DNA of 64,000 nucleotides from Thermococcus sp. JdFR-02 (GTDB lineage Archaea; Methanobacteriota_B; Thermococci; Thermococcales; Thermococcaceae): NCBI GenBank assembly GCA_002009975.1, contig MTLP01000042.1, positions 128,001 to 192,000 of the forward strand, read 5' to 3'. Shown piece by piece: positions 20,881 to 29,516 of this stretch (position 1 is its first letter; each line of letters starts with the position of its first letter). The notes under the pieces were generated by a model. It saw only the letters and a program-made list of their open reading frames with translations, ran no database searches and was not told where the DNA came from. The position numbers and the translations under genes were made by a program.

Positions 20881-21056
20881 GCACTTTCACCTCCTGATGT
20901 TTTGTCTTTTAACGGCAAAGACCAAATAATTACAAAAAGTACTGGCATAATCAGTGTGAATGTTGATCCTGGACCACCAACTTCAACTACAACACTGCCA
21001 ACTTCATGTCCAAGATCTTCTCCAATAGGGGGTAGATACGTCTTCAGTGCTATCAC
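20877..21056 (-). CDS. RiPP precursor A1, 59 aa: (M)IALKTYLPPIGEDLGHEVGSVVVEVGGPGSTFTLIMPVLFVIIWSLPLKDKTSGGESA
   Basis: Translated by hand (not in ORF track); leader YLPPIGEDLG matches A2; ATGA overlap with A2; start is GTG 21056 or CTG 21047. Confidence 0.8.
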   Translation of the reverse strand: MIALKTYLPPIGEDLGHEVGSVVVEVGGPGSTFTLIMPVLFVIIWSLPLKDKTSGGESA

Positions 21057-21223
21057 CCCAACATTTTTGCATTCTCTCCATTATTATGAAATCGACTATA
21101 AGTTTTACTGTAATCAATTTATAAATCCTTGAAATTTATTTATAAATAAATGAAATCCAAATTAATTAAAAAAAAGAGTAATATTTTTAAGTAATTTCAC
21201 TAATCACTATAAGAGGGATAGTC
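21057..21223. promoter_or_regulatory. AT-rich divergent promoter region of RiPP cluster 2
   Basis: Minus-strand AAAACTTATAG (~21095-21106) and plus-strand TTTTTAAG (21184-21191) TATA-like boxes. Confidence 0.5.
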
Positions 21224-22234
21224 ATGATTGAGTCTGTGGGTTTAAGCAAGTTTTATCCTTCTCCGATAAAGGGTCCTTTTGATGTGAAAAGTTTGAGAGA
21301 CTTTCTCGGAAAGCCTCGTGAGGAAATTCCAGCTTTGATTGACCTGAATTTCAAAGTTAAAGAGAGTGAAATTTTTGGTCTTCTAGGTCCTAATGGCGCT
21401 GGAAAAACAACCTTCTGTAAGATTGCCAATGCTTTAGTAATTCCAACTCGAGGAAATCTTTACATTAGTGGTTATGATTCAGTAAAAGAGCATGATAAAA
21501 TCAAAGGCAAGATTTTCACAATTTTTGGTGGTGAGAGGGATTTGTTTGGGCTTTTTCAATGGCGTGTGAGCGTGGAAAAGAACTTACGTTTTATTTCTGA
21601 ACTCTGGAGAATTCCCAAAATTGAAGCTGAAAAAAGAATTAATTATGCTTTGGAACTTCTAAATCTCAAGGACAAGAAAAACGAGTGGTATCAAAAACTT
21701 TCCGCTGGTATGAGGCAGAAAGTATACTTGGCTTTGCCGTTAATACTCCAGCCTGAAGTTTTAATTTTAGATGAGCCAACAGTTTACATAGATGTTTTCA
21801 CTAGGAGAGAAGCCTGGGATGCCATTTTAGAACTCTCTAGAGAATTTGGGACAACAATAATACTAACCACGCACAACTTAAACGAGGCTGAAATGTTATG
21901 CGATAGAGTTCTAATTTTTAACAAGAAGAAAATTGCTGAAGGCAAGCCAAAAGAATTAATCGAAAAATTCCAGACTCTAAAAATAGAGAGGAAATTATTA
22001 GTCAAAATTAAGGGTAAAATCAATGTTGAAGAGTTTGAGAAGACTGCAGAAAAAGTGAACACTTACACCCAAAACGGTTACACTTACTTAGAAATTTACG
22101 TTAGAAGAGACTATTTAAAAGATGTTCTCACAATTTTGACAAACCATAATGTCACTGACATCCAAAACAAAACAACAACTCTCGAAGACATATTTAAAGA
22201 GCTGTTAGGTGGTGAAAATGAGAATCTGGCATGA
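21224..22234 (+). CDS. ABC transporter ATP-binding subunit (DrrA-like)
   Basis: GPNGAGKT, LSAGMRQK, LILDEPT, TTHNL. Confidence 0.95.
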   Translation: MIESVGLSKFYPSPIKGPFDVKSLRDFLGKPREEIPALIDLNFKVKESEIFGLLGPNGAGKTTFCKIANALVIPTRGNLYISGYDSVKEHDKIKGKIFTIFGGERDLFGLFQWRVSVEKNLRFISELWRIPKIEAEKRINYALELLNLKDKKNEWYQKLSAGMRQKVYLALPLILQPEVLILDEPTVYIDVFTRREAWDAILELSREFGTTIILTTHNLNEAEMLCDRVLIFNKKKIAEGKPKELIEKFQTLKIERKLLVKIKGKINVEEFEKTAEKVNTYTQNGYTYLEIYVRRDYLKDVLTILTNHNVTDIQNKTTTLEDIFKELLGGENENLA

Positions 22235-23021
22235 GCTTAAGATAATTAGGGCATTCATCAGCGTTCAAAAGGAAGTCTTTTTCTCAAGAAGATTTGACCT
22301 GCTTCTTCAATTTATCGGTTTGGGCTTAAATATCATTTTTATTGGAATTTTCGCAAAGCTCATCACAATTAATGCAAACATCTCTCAATACGGCACTCCA
22401 AATTATCTTGATTATCTTTTAATTGGTTCAATAGTCCACAATCTCGTGTTCCTTCCAAGGGGTAGTATTTCTTCATTCGTTTTGGGCAGAGTATTTCCAA
22501 TACTATATAATTCACCAGCTTCCCTAACAGCAATCTTCATTGGAATTAACGCTTGGCGAATTTTGTGGAACGTGGGATTAACTTTGATAATAACCACAAT
22601 TTATGTTCTCTTTTTCGGATTGACTATTCATCTTAACCTTGGCGTTGTAATTGTCATCTTAAGCGGTGTTTTACTTATCTTTGCCCTTGACTTGTTTTCT
22701 GCAGGTTTCAGAATTGCTACGAAAGCGACTCAAGATCCATTAAACTGGTTCTTCAACATTACTGCCCAGCTTGTTAGCGGTTTATACTTTCCACCAGAAG
22801 CGTTGCCATGGTGGCTTCAACCATTGTCAAAAATTCATCCAGAAACTTACATCCTACAAATGGGCAGACTAACAATGGGGGGTGGATACTCCTTAGGACA
22901 AATCCTTCCAAGCTTGAGAGATATGCTCATAATTACAGGAGTAATGCTTCTCTTTGGATATTCAATGTTTGTTTGGGGCTTTAATAAGGCAAGAGAATTG
23001 GGAACTTTAGGACATATGTAA
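22218..23021 (+). CDS. ABC-2 type permease
   Basis: YLDYLLIG, SGLYFPPEALPWWLQPLSKIHPETY. Confidence 0.9.
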   Translation: MRIWHELKIIRAFISVQKEVFFSRRFDLLLQFIGLGLNIIFIGIFAKLITINANISQYGTPNYLDYLLIGSIVHNLVFLPRGSISSFVLGRVFPILYNSPASLTAIFIGINAWRILWNVGLTLIITTIYVLFFGLTIHLNLGVVIVILSGVLLIFALDLFSAGFRIATKATQDPLNWFFNITAQLVSGLYFPPEALPWWLQPLSKIHPETYILQMGRLTMGGGYSLGQILPSLRDMLIITGVMLLFGYSMFVWGFNKARELGTLGHM

Positions 23022-23022
23022 G

Positions 23023-23307
23023 GTGAAAAAGATGAGGGTACAAACATTAAAAGTGGATTGTAATGAAGAGAGGATTGCTATAATACTAAAAGTTGAATTG
23101 AGCTTAGAGGAAATTATGCATTCAAAGCTAAACGATGAAGAAAAAGAAATTCTAAACTTCATTATTCAAAATGACAATATAACTCAAAAACAGCTTAGTG
23201 ACATCTTTGGAAACGTCAAAGCCTGTCGAGTTATCCAAAACTTAGAAAAGAAAGGCATAATACACAGAAAAAGAAAAGGAAAAACATACCTAATAAAAAT
23301 AACTTAG
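23023..23307 (+). CDS. small winged-helix (MarR-like) DNA-binding protein
   Basis: LNDEEKEILNFI..ITQKQLSD..CRVIQNLEKKGIIHRKRKGKTY. Confidence 0.75.
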   Translation: MKKMRVQTLKVDCNEERIAIILKVELSLEEIMHSKLNDEEKEILNFIIQNDNITQKQLSDIFGNVKACRVIQNLEKKGIIHRKRKGKTYLIKIT

Positions 23308-23325
23308 GATTATATGAACGGTCAA

Positions 23326-24726
23326 CTAAAGAACACAGCATGGCAATTTTGAGATATCTTTTTTAAAGGAAAGCGCGACAAGTTTTATAGCCTCGCTCAT
23401 GGTTGGAAATACATGCAAAGTGTCAAGAACATCATCTACTGTCATCCTGTTTCTTATTATCATTGCCGCCTCATGAATAATCTCAGCCGCGTTATGGGCT
23501 AGAATGTGAACTCCAAGGATTTCCTTTGTCTTCACATCAACGACCATCTTTATTAAGCCCTTCTCCTCACCAAGTATCAGTGCCTTTGGAACGTTTGAAA
23601 ATTCTACCGTTCTGCATGAGCACTTCGTAACTCTTTGAGCTTCCCTATCAGTTAATCCAACACTTGCAAGCTGTGGATCAGTGAATACAACTTTTGGAAC
23701 AACCTTGTAATCTATTTTGATGCTTTTACCCTCCAAAGCATTTGTTGCTGCAATATAACCTTCTTTAGCGGCAATCGTTTCTAACATAGGTTCTCCTATC
23801 ACATCTCCAGCAGCATAAATGTTTTCACCTGCCTTCAATGTTTCATCAACAAGTACAAAGCCCCTTTCGTTTGTTTTAACGTCTGTATTTTCTAGACCCA
23901 AATTAGATGTATTTGGCTCTCTTCCTGTTGCAAATAAAACATACTCCGCCTCGAAGGTTTTAACTTCATTCTTTACTTTTGCATAGACCTTAACTCCATC
24001 TTCAGTCCTCTCAAACTTTTTTATGCTTACAGAGGTATTAACGTTAATTCCTTCTTCTTTTAGAATATTCTCAAGCTTTATTGTTAATTCGGGCTCAGCT
24101 TGGGGCATTATTCTAATGCTCCTTTGAAGAATTGTTACTTCACTTCCCGCTCTTGCAAAAATCTGAGCAAATTCTAAAGCTTGAGCTCTTCCGCCAACTA
24201 TGATTAGGGACTTTGGGAGCCTTTTCAAGTTAAGAGCCTCAACATGTGTCAAAATTCTATCTTCAACTTCTTTAATGCCCTTAAATTGTAAAATCCTTGC
24301 CTTTGCTCCAGTTGCAATCAGGGCTTTTTTAAATCTAATATTTTGCCCATTAACAACAATCTCACAACTCGATTTAAATTTACCAGAACCATTAACATAG
24401 TCAACATTTTCCAAGCTTTCTAAAACTTCTTCATACTTTGCTTTTCTAAGTTTCTCAATCAGCCTATCCTTCCCCTCGATAAGTTCTTTAAAATCAAACT
24501 TTTCCTCTCTAAAAGATATCCCAGCATAATGGTGCTTTAAAGCTCTCCTTCTAAGCTCCAAAGCCGTTAATAAATATTTGCTTGGCACACATCCGGCATT
24601 TACACATGTCCCACCTATTGAACCTTTGTTCACAAGAAGGGTCTTTACTCCAAGCTCGTTAGCTTTCACAGCAGCTGAAAATCCAGCAGCACCGCCACCG
24701 ATAATAACAAAATCATATTCTTTCAT
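23326..24726 (-). CDS. merA: mercuric reductase (no N-terminal HMA domain)
   Basis: GGTCVNAGCVPSK, HVFPTMSEAIKL, C-terminal Cys pair PCCVL. Confidence 0.9.
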   Translation of the reverse strand: MKEYDFVIIGGGAAGFSAAVKANELGVKTLLVNKGSIGGTCVNAGCVPSKYLLTALELRRRALKHHYAGISFREEKFDFKELIEGKDRLIEKLRKAKYEEVLESLENVDYVNGSGKFKSSCEIVVNGQNIRFKKALIATGAKARILQFKGIKEVEDRILTHVEALNLKRLPKSLIIVGGRAQALEFAQIFARAGSEVTILQRSIRIMPQAEPELTIKLENILKEEGINVNTSVSIKKFERTEDGVKVYAKVKNEVKTFEAEYVLFATGREPNTSNLGLENTDVKTNERGFVLVDETLKAGENIYAAGDVIGEPMLETIAAKEGYIAATNALEGKSIKIDYKVVPKVVFTDPQLASVGLTDREAQRVTKCSCRTVEFSNVPKALILGEEKGLIKMVVDVKTKEILGVHILAHNAAEIIHEAAMIIRNRMTVDDVLDTLHVFPTMSEAIKLVALSFKKDISKLPCCVL

Positions 24727-24756
24727 TAACCTCGCCTCAAATAAAAAAGAAAAGAA

Positions 24757-24957
24757 CTAATGACAGCAACCATGTCTCTTATGCCCATGAGAATGCATTT
24801 TATGTCCCATGTGCTCTTTTTTGATATACTTCTCTGGGTTTGCTTCAAATTGAGCTTTACAATGTGGGGAGCAGAAGTAGTAGACTTTTCCCTTATATTC
24901 TACCTTAAATTCTGTTTCTTTGCTAACTTCCATTCCACAAACTGGATCGATAGGCAT
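24757..24957 (-). CDS. YHS/TRASH metal-binding protein with His-rich CC tail
   Basis: DPVCGMEV...YYFCSPHC; [18 protein letters not shown]. Confidence 0.9.
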   Translation of the reverse strand: MPIDPVCGMEVSKETEFKVEYKGKVYYFCSPHCKAQFEANPEKYIKKEHMGHKMHSHGHKRHGCCH

Positions 24958-24958
24958 T

Positions 24959-25165
24959 TCAAGCCACCTCCGCTTCGTAGCCAAACTTTGCAATAGCATT
25001 AATTAAATCATCAACTTTGAGCTTTGACTCATCATACTCAACAACAGCCTTCTTTTCTTCCAAGCTAACCTCTGCCTTTGCTCCAATCTTTTCCAAAGCC
25101 CTCTTAATTGTCATTACACAGTGCTGACAGCTCATATTTTTAACATTTAAAACAACTTTTGCCAT
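24959..25165 (-). CDS. copZ: CopZ-like HMA metallochaperone
   Basis: [15 protein letters not shown]. Confidence 0.88.
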   Translation of the reverse strand: MAKVVLNVKNMSCQHCVMTIKRALEKIGAKAEVSLEEKKAVVEYDESKLKVDDLINAIAKFGYEAEVA

Positions 25166-25212
25166 GTTGATCACCAGTTTAAACTATACTTGAAAGCTTA
25201 TTGTTCTTATTC

Positions 25213-25227
25213 TTTCCAAAGTGAGAA
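25213..25227. promoter_or_regulatory. putative CopR-type operator TTTCCAAAGTGAGAA
   Basis: Third copy of the motif, upstream of copZ-YHS-merA. Confidence 0.6.
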
Positions 25228-25278
25228 TTAGAAAAAGCCAAAACTTTAAAAATTGAAAAGAATTTAAGTTATGCTTTG

Positions 25279-25656
25279 TCACAGAGAATCTATTATTTCT
25301 TTGAGCTTTTCTTCCATGGGCTTCATGAGATTGATTATCTCCTCCCCGGCTATTTTCCAAGCCACACTTGGCAAGCCAATTCCTAAATAAACCCCATCCT
25401 CTCTAACATAACCAAAAGCAGTACATGGAATTAGAGCACCGATATTTGGATTAATCTTTACCAGCTCTGCAATTACATCTTGGTCACATATGAACAAGAC
25501 ATGGTAATCGGCTACAATACCATCTTCCCTCTCTACTATGCTTACAGGAACTCTTTCACCAACAATCAGAAATCCTTCTTCCTCAATTCTTCTTTTAAGC
25601 TCTTCCCAAAGTTCATCTAAATCCCTTTCAAATTTCCTAACATAATAAAAGTCCAT
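25279..25656 (-). CDS. DUF302 family protein
   Basis: YHVLFICD, IGALIPC motifs; paralog of 10596-10976. Confidence 0.75.
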   Translation of the reverse strand: MDFYYVRKFERDLDELWEELKRRIEEEGFLIVGERVPVSIVEREDGIVADYHVLFICDQDVIAELVKINPNIGALIPCTAFGYVREDGVYLGIGLPSVAWKIAGEEIINLMKPMEEKLKEIIDSL

Positions 25657-25658
25657 GT

Positions 25659-26051
25659 TCAGACCTCCAAAAAGAACTTTTTTCCACTTGTTTCAACCAT
25701 TATACACTTTATAAAGCTATATTCGACATTTTCCCTTTCCAAAAGTTCTTTAATTTCTTCACTTTCAGCTCCTGGCTGAAACCAAAGCTTTCTAAATCCT
25801 GCATCGATAGCCTCTTTTGCTACTTGAAGACCAACTTTTGGTGGTACTACAAAAACAATTACATCAACATCTCTTGGTAACTCCTTAACGCTCTTGTAGC
25901 ATTTTAATCCTTCAATTTCATCATAATTTGGATTTACTGGGAGAACTTCAAAGCCTTTGGCCTTTAAATCCCTTAAAATTATGTTCCCATATTTAGTTGG
26001 ATTTGGCGTTGCACCGACTAAAGCTATTTTTTTGAAGTTTTTTACATCCAT
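25659..26051 (-). CDS. CoA-binding domain protein
   Basis: IALVGATPNPTKYG, PVNP, LWFQPGAES. Confidence 0.9.
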   Translation of the reverse strand: MDVKNFKKIALVGATPNPTKYGNIILRDLKAKGFEVLPVNPNYDEIEGLKCYKSVKELPRDVDVIVFVVPPKVGLQVAKEAIDAGFRKLWFQPGAESEEIKELLERENVEYSFIKCIMVETSGKKFFLEV

Positions 26052-26127
26052 CTCTGCCACCAAGTTTGAATTTTGTTTCATCATTTTTATACTTTGCTCC
26101 ACAAAAATGAGTAACGCTTGGAAATAA

Positions 26128-27237
26128 TTAAAAGAAAGCCTCGATAACCTCTAAAATTTCCTCCAAGCCCTTCTTCTTAAGGTCTTTAGTTAAATGCTCT
26201 ACTTGGGCTTCTCCAATTCCATGAATAAATAAACCCAAAGCTTCCTCCTTTGTCAATCCCCTGCTTCTCAGGTAAAATAAAGCATCTTCGTCAAATTGGG
26301 AGACAGTTGCTGAATGTGAAGCCTCTTCAATATCAGAGGTGTCAATTTCAAGCATTGGGACGCTTACACCCATAGAACCTTTGTCCATTATCAAAATATG
26401 AGATGCCACTCTGCTTAAAGACCCTTTAGCACTATCAAAAACTTTCCCAACGCCTCTGTGCACGGTCCATCCTTTTTTATAGGAAAAGCCAAAAACTTTA
26501 GTTTCATTTATGCTTTTTTCTCCATATTGAAGGACATTTGTTATGTAATCGATAGCGCTGTTTAGAGAGACTGGAATTCCTCTTAAAAATAGCTTTGCTT
26601 CATTTCCCTCAAGCGAATAATCTTCTCTGTGGTGGCTCATTTTTCCGCCTTTTACAATGGTTGTAACATTTATTTCGCTGTTTTCACCAAGTGAAGCTCT
26701 GAGCAAATAGTGGGATAATGCTCTGTGCTTTCCTACAGTTAGGATATTTAACTTTGAATTTTTTGCCTTAACTTCCACAACAAAAGATTTGGTTCCTTTT
26801 TCACCCATGTCATAAATAATTAGATTAGCTTCAACATCCTCTTTGACTTCGATTGCAAGATGATGCGAAGTGAAGGCTTCTTCTGAAAGATGAGATACTA
26901 TTATTAAAGGCTTCTTTAATGTTTTTGTGATCTTTATGTAGTAAGGCTCATTTAAAGCATAAAAATGAAATCCCAAAATCCTCGATTCTTCTGGATTTGA
27001 CAGGTTTAAAGTTTTCCCTTTTTGTATATCCACCCCATCAGGTAAGTTATTAAAAATCTCGCTCCCAGAGAAGGCTAAATGATAGGAGATTTCTATTTTT
27101 CCTGCCTTTGCCTTTGTCGGCAATTTTAAAGGTGAATTTTCTTCAAAAAGCTTCCAGTTTGTATAGCTCTTTATGGTTGGACTATCACCGTATTTTTGGT
27201 AATCCAGTCTTTGAAGCTTTTTGGGAGTTATCATCAT
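26128..27237 (-). CDS. sufD: Fe-S assembly SufD-like protein
   Basis: PMLEIDTSDIEEASHSATV, LFYLRSRGL. Confidence 0.88.
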   Translation of the reverse strand: MMITPKKLQRLDYQKYGDSPTIKSYTNWKLFEENSPLKLPTKAKAGKIEISYHLAFSGSEIFNNLPDGVDIQKGKTLNLSNPEESRILGFHFYALNEPYYIKITKTLKKPLIIVSHLSEEAFTSHHLAIEVKEDVEANLIIYDMGEKGTKSFVVEVKAKNSKLNILTVGKHRALSHYLLRASLGENSEINVTTIVKGGKMSHHREDYSLEGNEAKLFLRGIPVSLNSAIDYITNVLQYGEKSINETKVFGFSYKKGWTVHRGVGKVFDSAKGSLSRVASHILIMDKGSMGVSVPMLEIDTSDIEEASHSATVSQFDEDALFYLRSRGLTKEEALGLFIHGIGEAQVEHLTKDLKKKGLEEILEVIEAFF

Positions 27238-28652
27238 CCAACACCTCCAACTTCAGAGAATTCAAGCTCTATAACTCTTTTTAGAACCTCCACATATTCA
27301 AAGGGGAGTCCCTCAAGAATTTCACTTATAAATCCGAGAACTATCAAGCTCTTTGCTTCTTCCTCCCTAATCCCCCTACTACTTAGATAGAACAGCTTAT
27401 CTTGACTTAATTTTCCAGTCGTAGCTTCGTGAATCAGGTTAGCGCTTGGTTCATCTGATTGATTGTGCGGATAAGTGTAAGCTTTGCTTTTCTCGTCTAA
27501 TATGAGGGAATCACATGAAACAGTTGAAGTCGAATTTTTAGCACCTTTAATAACCCTAACCAAACCGCGATAGATGTTTATACCTCCGTTAGCACTTATG
27601 CTCTTTGAGACAATCTTTGAGCTTGTATTTGGTGCTAAGTGAAAAGTCTTTGCACCTGTATCCTTTAGATAGGGTCCATTGCTCAACGATACAACATATT
27701 GCGTCGTTCTTGCTCCTTCTCCCTTCAAGACACTTGAAGGATATGTGTATGTTATTTTACTTCCTATACTTCCCTCAATCCATTCTACGTAGGCATTTTC
27801 TTCAACTATCGCTCTCTTATTGTTGAAATTAATTACATTCCTGCTCCAGTTTTGGATGGTGGTAAACTTAACTATGGCATTTTTATGGGCGTAAATTTCA
27901 ACCATCCCATCATGAAAGCTAAATCCCTTATACATCGGAGCACTGCATCCTTCAATAAAGTGAATGTAGCTGTTTTCATCTGCAACTAGTAAAGTATGTT
28001 CAAATTGCCCTTCCATAGCACTTCCAATTACAAAGAAAGCCTCAATTGGGAATGTTATTTTAACGTTCTTAGGTACATAAACAAAAACCCCACCGCTCCA
28101 TAATGCATGATGTAAAGCGGAAAACTTGTGCTCTCCAGCAGGGAAAATCTTCCCAAAATATTTCTTCACAAGGTCTGGGTATTTCCGAACAGCTTCTTCC
28201 ATTGGGAGCATTATTATGCCTTTTTCTTCAAACTCTCTCTTTAAATTGCTGTAAACGGACTCACTATCAAAAACCGCCGTTAAGCCAGATAAAAACTTTT
28301 TCTCAATCTCAGGTATGCTTAAGCGTTCATAAATCCTTCTTATGCTCTCTGGTAAATCATCCCAACCTCTAACCTCTCCAACCTCTGGCTTTGAATAGAG
28401 AACTAAATTTTCTAAATCAAGCTCTTCAATGCCAACTATCCATCTTGGCATAGGAAGTTTTTCAAAAAGCTCTAAAGATTTTAATCTATGCCTCAGCATC
28501 CATTCTGGTTCATTCTTAATTTTCGAAAGTTCCTTAACTACATCCTTTGTTATTTTGCCCTTAAGCTCAATTTCTTTTGGATATGGAAGAGCAGTTCCGA
28601 GAATCTCTTCTAAGCTACCGGCTTTTAAGATATCTTCAAGCTTTGTTGTCAT
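27234..28652 (-). CDS. sufB: Fe-S assembly scaffold SufB
   Basis: GQFEHTL, FIEGCSAP, TTIQNWS, SCDSL, HEAT. Confidence 0.95.
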   Translation of the reverse strand: MTTKLEDILKAGSLEEILGTALPYPKEIELKGKITKDVVKELSKIKNEPEWMLRHRLKSLELFEKLPMPRWIVGIEELDLENLVLYSKPEVGEVRGWDDLPESIRRIYERLSIPEIEKKFLSGLTAVFDSESVYSNLKREFEEKGIIMLPMEEAVRKYPDLVKKYFGKIFPAGEHKFSALHHALWSGGVFVYVPKNVKITFPIEAFFVIGSAMEGQFEHTLLVADENSYIHFIEGCSAPMYKGFSFHDGMVEIYAHKNAIVKFTTIQNWSRNVINFNNKRAIVEENAYVEWIEGSIGSKITYTYPSSVLKGEGARTTQYVVSLSNGPYLKDTGAKTFHLAPNTSSKIVSKSISANGGINIYRGLVRVIKGAKNSTSTVSCDSLILDEKSKAYTYPHNQSDEPSANLIHEATTGKLSQDKLFYLSSRGIREEEAKSLIVLGFISEILEGLPFEYVEVLKRVIELEFSEVGGVG

Positions 28653-29380
28653 GAAACCACCTCTTCCAGAGCAGAAAAGCCCCTCTCTTCAATTAAATTC
28701 ACAAGTTCAATTCCTCCAGAGGCTACTAATTTGCCTTCTTTGATTACGTGGACCACTTGAGGCTTCAAATACTCTAAGATTCTACCGTAGTGAGTTATGA
28801 GCAAAATTGAGGTTCCCTTTTTGTGAAGTCTGTTTATAATTCCCGCTATGACTTTTAAAGAGTCAACATCAACACCGCTATCTGGTTCATCAAGAATCAG
28901 AAGCTTGGGTTTCACGAGATAAGCTTGTAGCATTTCAAGTTTCTTTCTCTCTCCACCAGAAAAGCCAACATTTAATTGTCTCTGGAGCATTGATTCATCA
29001 ATTCCAAGTTCTTTTATAGCTCCAAAAATTAACTCATATGCTTTAACTTCATCAATGCCCTTCAAGTTCTTTAGAACCCTCTGGAGAAATAGCAAAATCT
29101 TAACTCCCTCTATTTCCACCGGATGCTGAAAGCTTATGAAAATTCCCCTTTTAGCTCTTTCTTCTGGTTTTAAGCTGGTTATGTCCTCTCCTTCAAAAAT
29201 CATCCTTCCTTCAACAATATTGTACTTTGGATGACCTGCTATAGTTAGGGCTAAGGTCGATTTTCCAGAACCATTGGGACCCATGATTACATGCAGCTCG
29301 CCATCTCCAACCTTTAAGTTTACCCTTTTTAGGATATCCTTATCTTCAACCTTGACTTTGAGATTTTCAATTATGAGCAT
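28649..29380 (-). CDS. sufC: Fe-S assembly ATPase SufC
   Basis: MGPNGSGKSTL, NVGFSGGERKK, LDEPDSG, ITHY. Confidence 0.95.
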   Translation of the reverse strand: MLIIENLKVKVEDKDILKRVNLKVGDGELHVIMGPNGSGKSTLALTIAGHPKYNIVEGRMIFEGEDITSLKPEERAKRGIFISFQHPVEIEGVKILLFLQRVLKNLKGIDEVKAYELIFGAIKELGIDESMLQRQLNVGFSGGERKKLEMLQAYLVKPKLLILDEPDSGVDVDSLKVIAGIINRLHKKGTSILLITHYGRILEYLKPQVVHVIKEGKLVASGGIELVNLIEERGFSALEEVVS

Positions 29381-29516
29381 GTACATCACCATCCATTACC
29401 TATGCAAGTTTGTGTGTAGAATGAATATTTTAAAACTTTTCTTCACAGATATGGGTAATAAACACCAAATATGAAAAAGAGTTCAAGCTTTTCAAAAATT
29501 AAAGAGAAAAGGAGGA

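Noticed and set aside
20617-20900. C-terminal GG in both cluster-2 precursors as a double-glycine cleavage motif
   Set aside because: In both cases GGA GGT is the Shine-Dalgarno sequence of the overlapping downstream gene, and no C39 peptidase is present
20776-21132. 118-aa plus-strand ORF over the precursor genes
   Set aside because: Antisense to the two RBS-supported, coupled precursors
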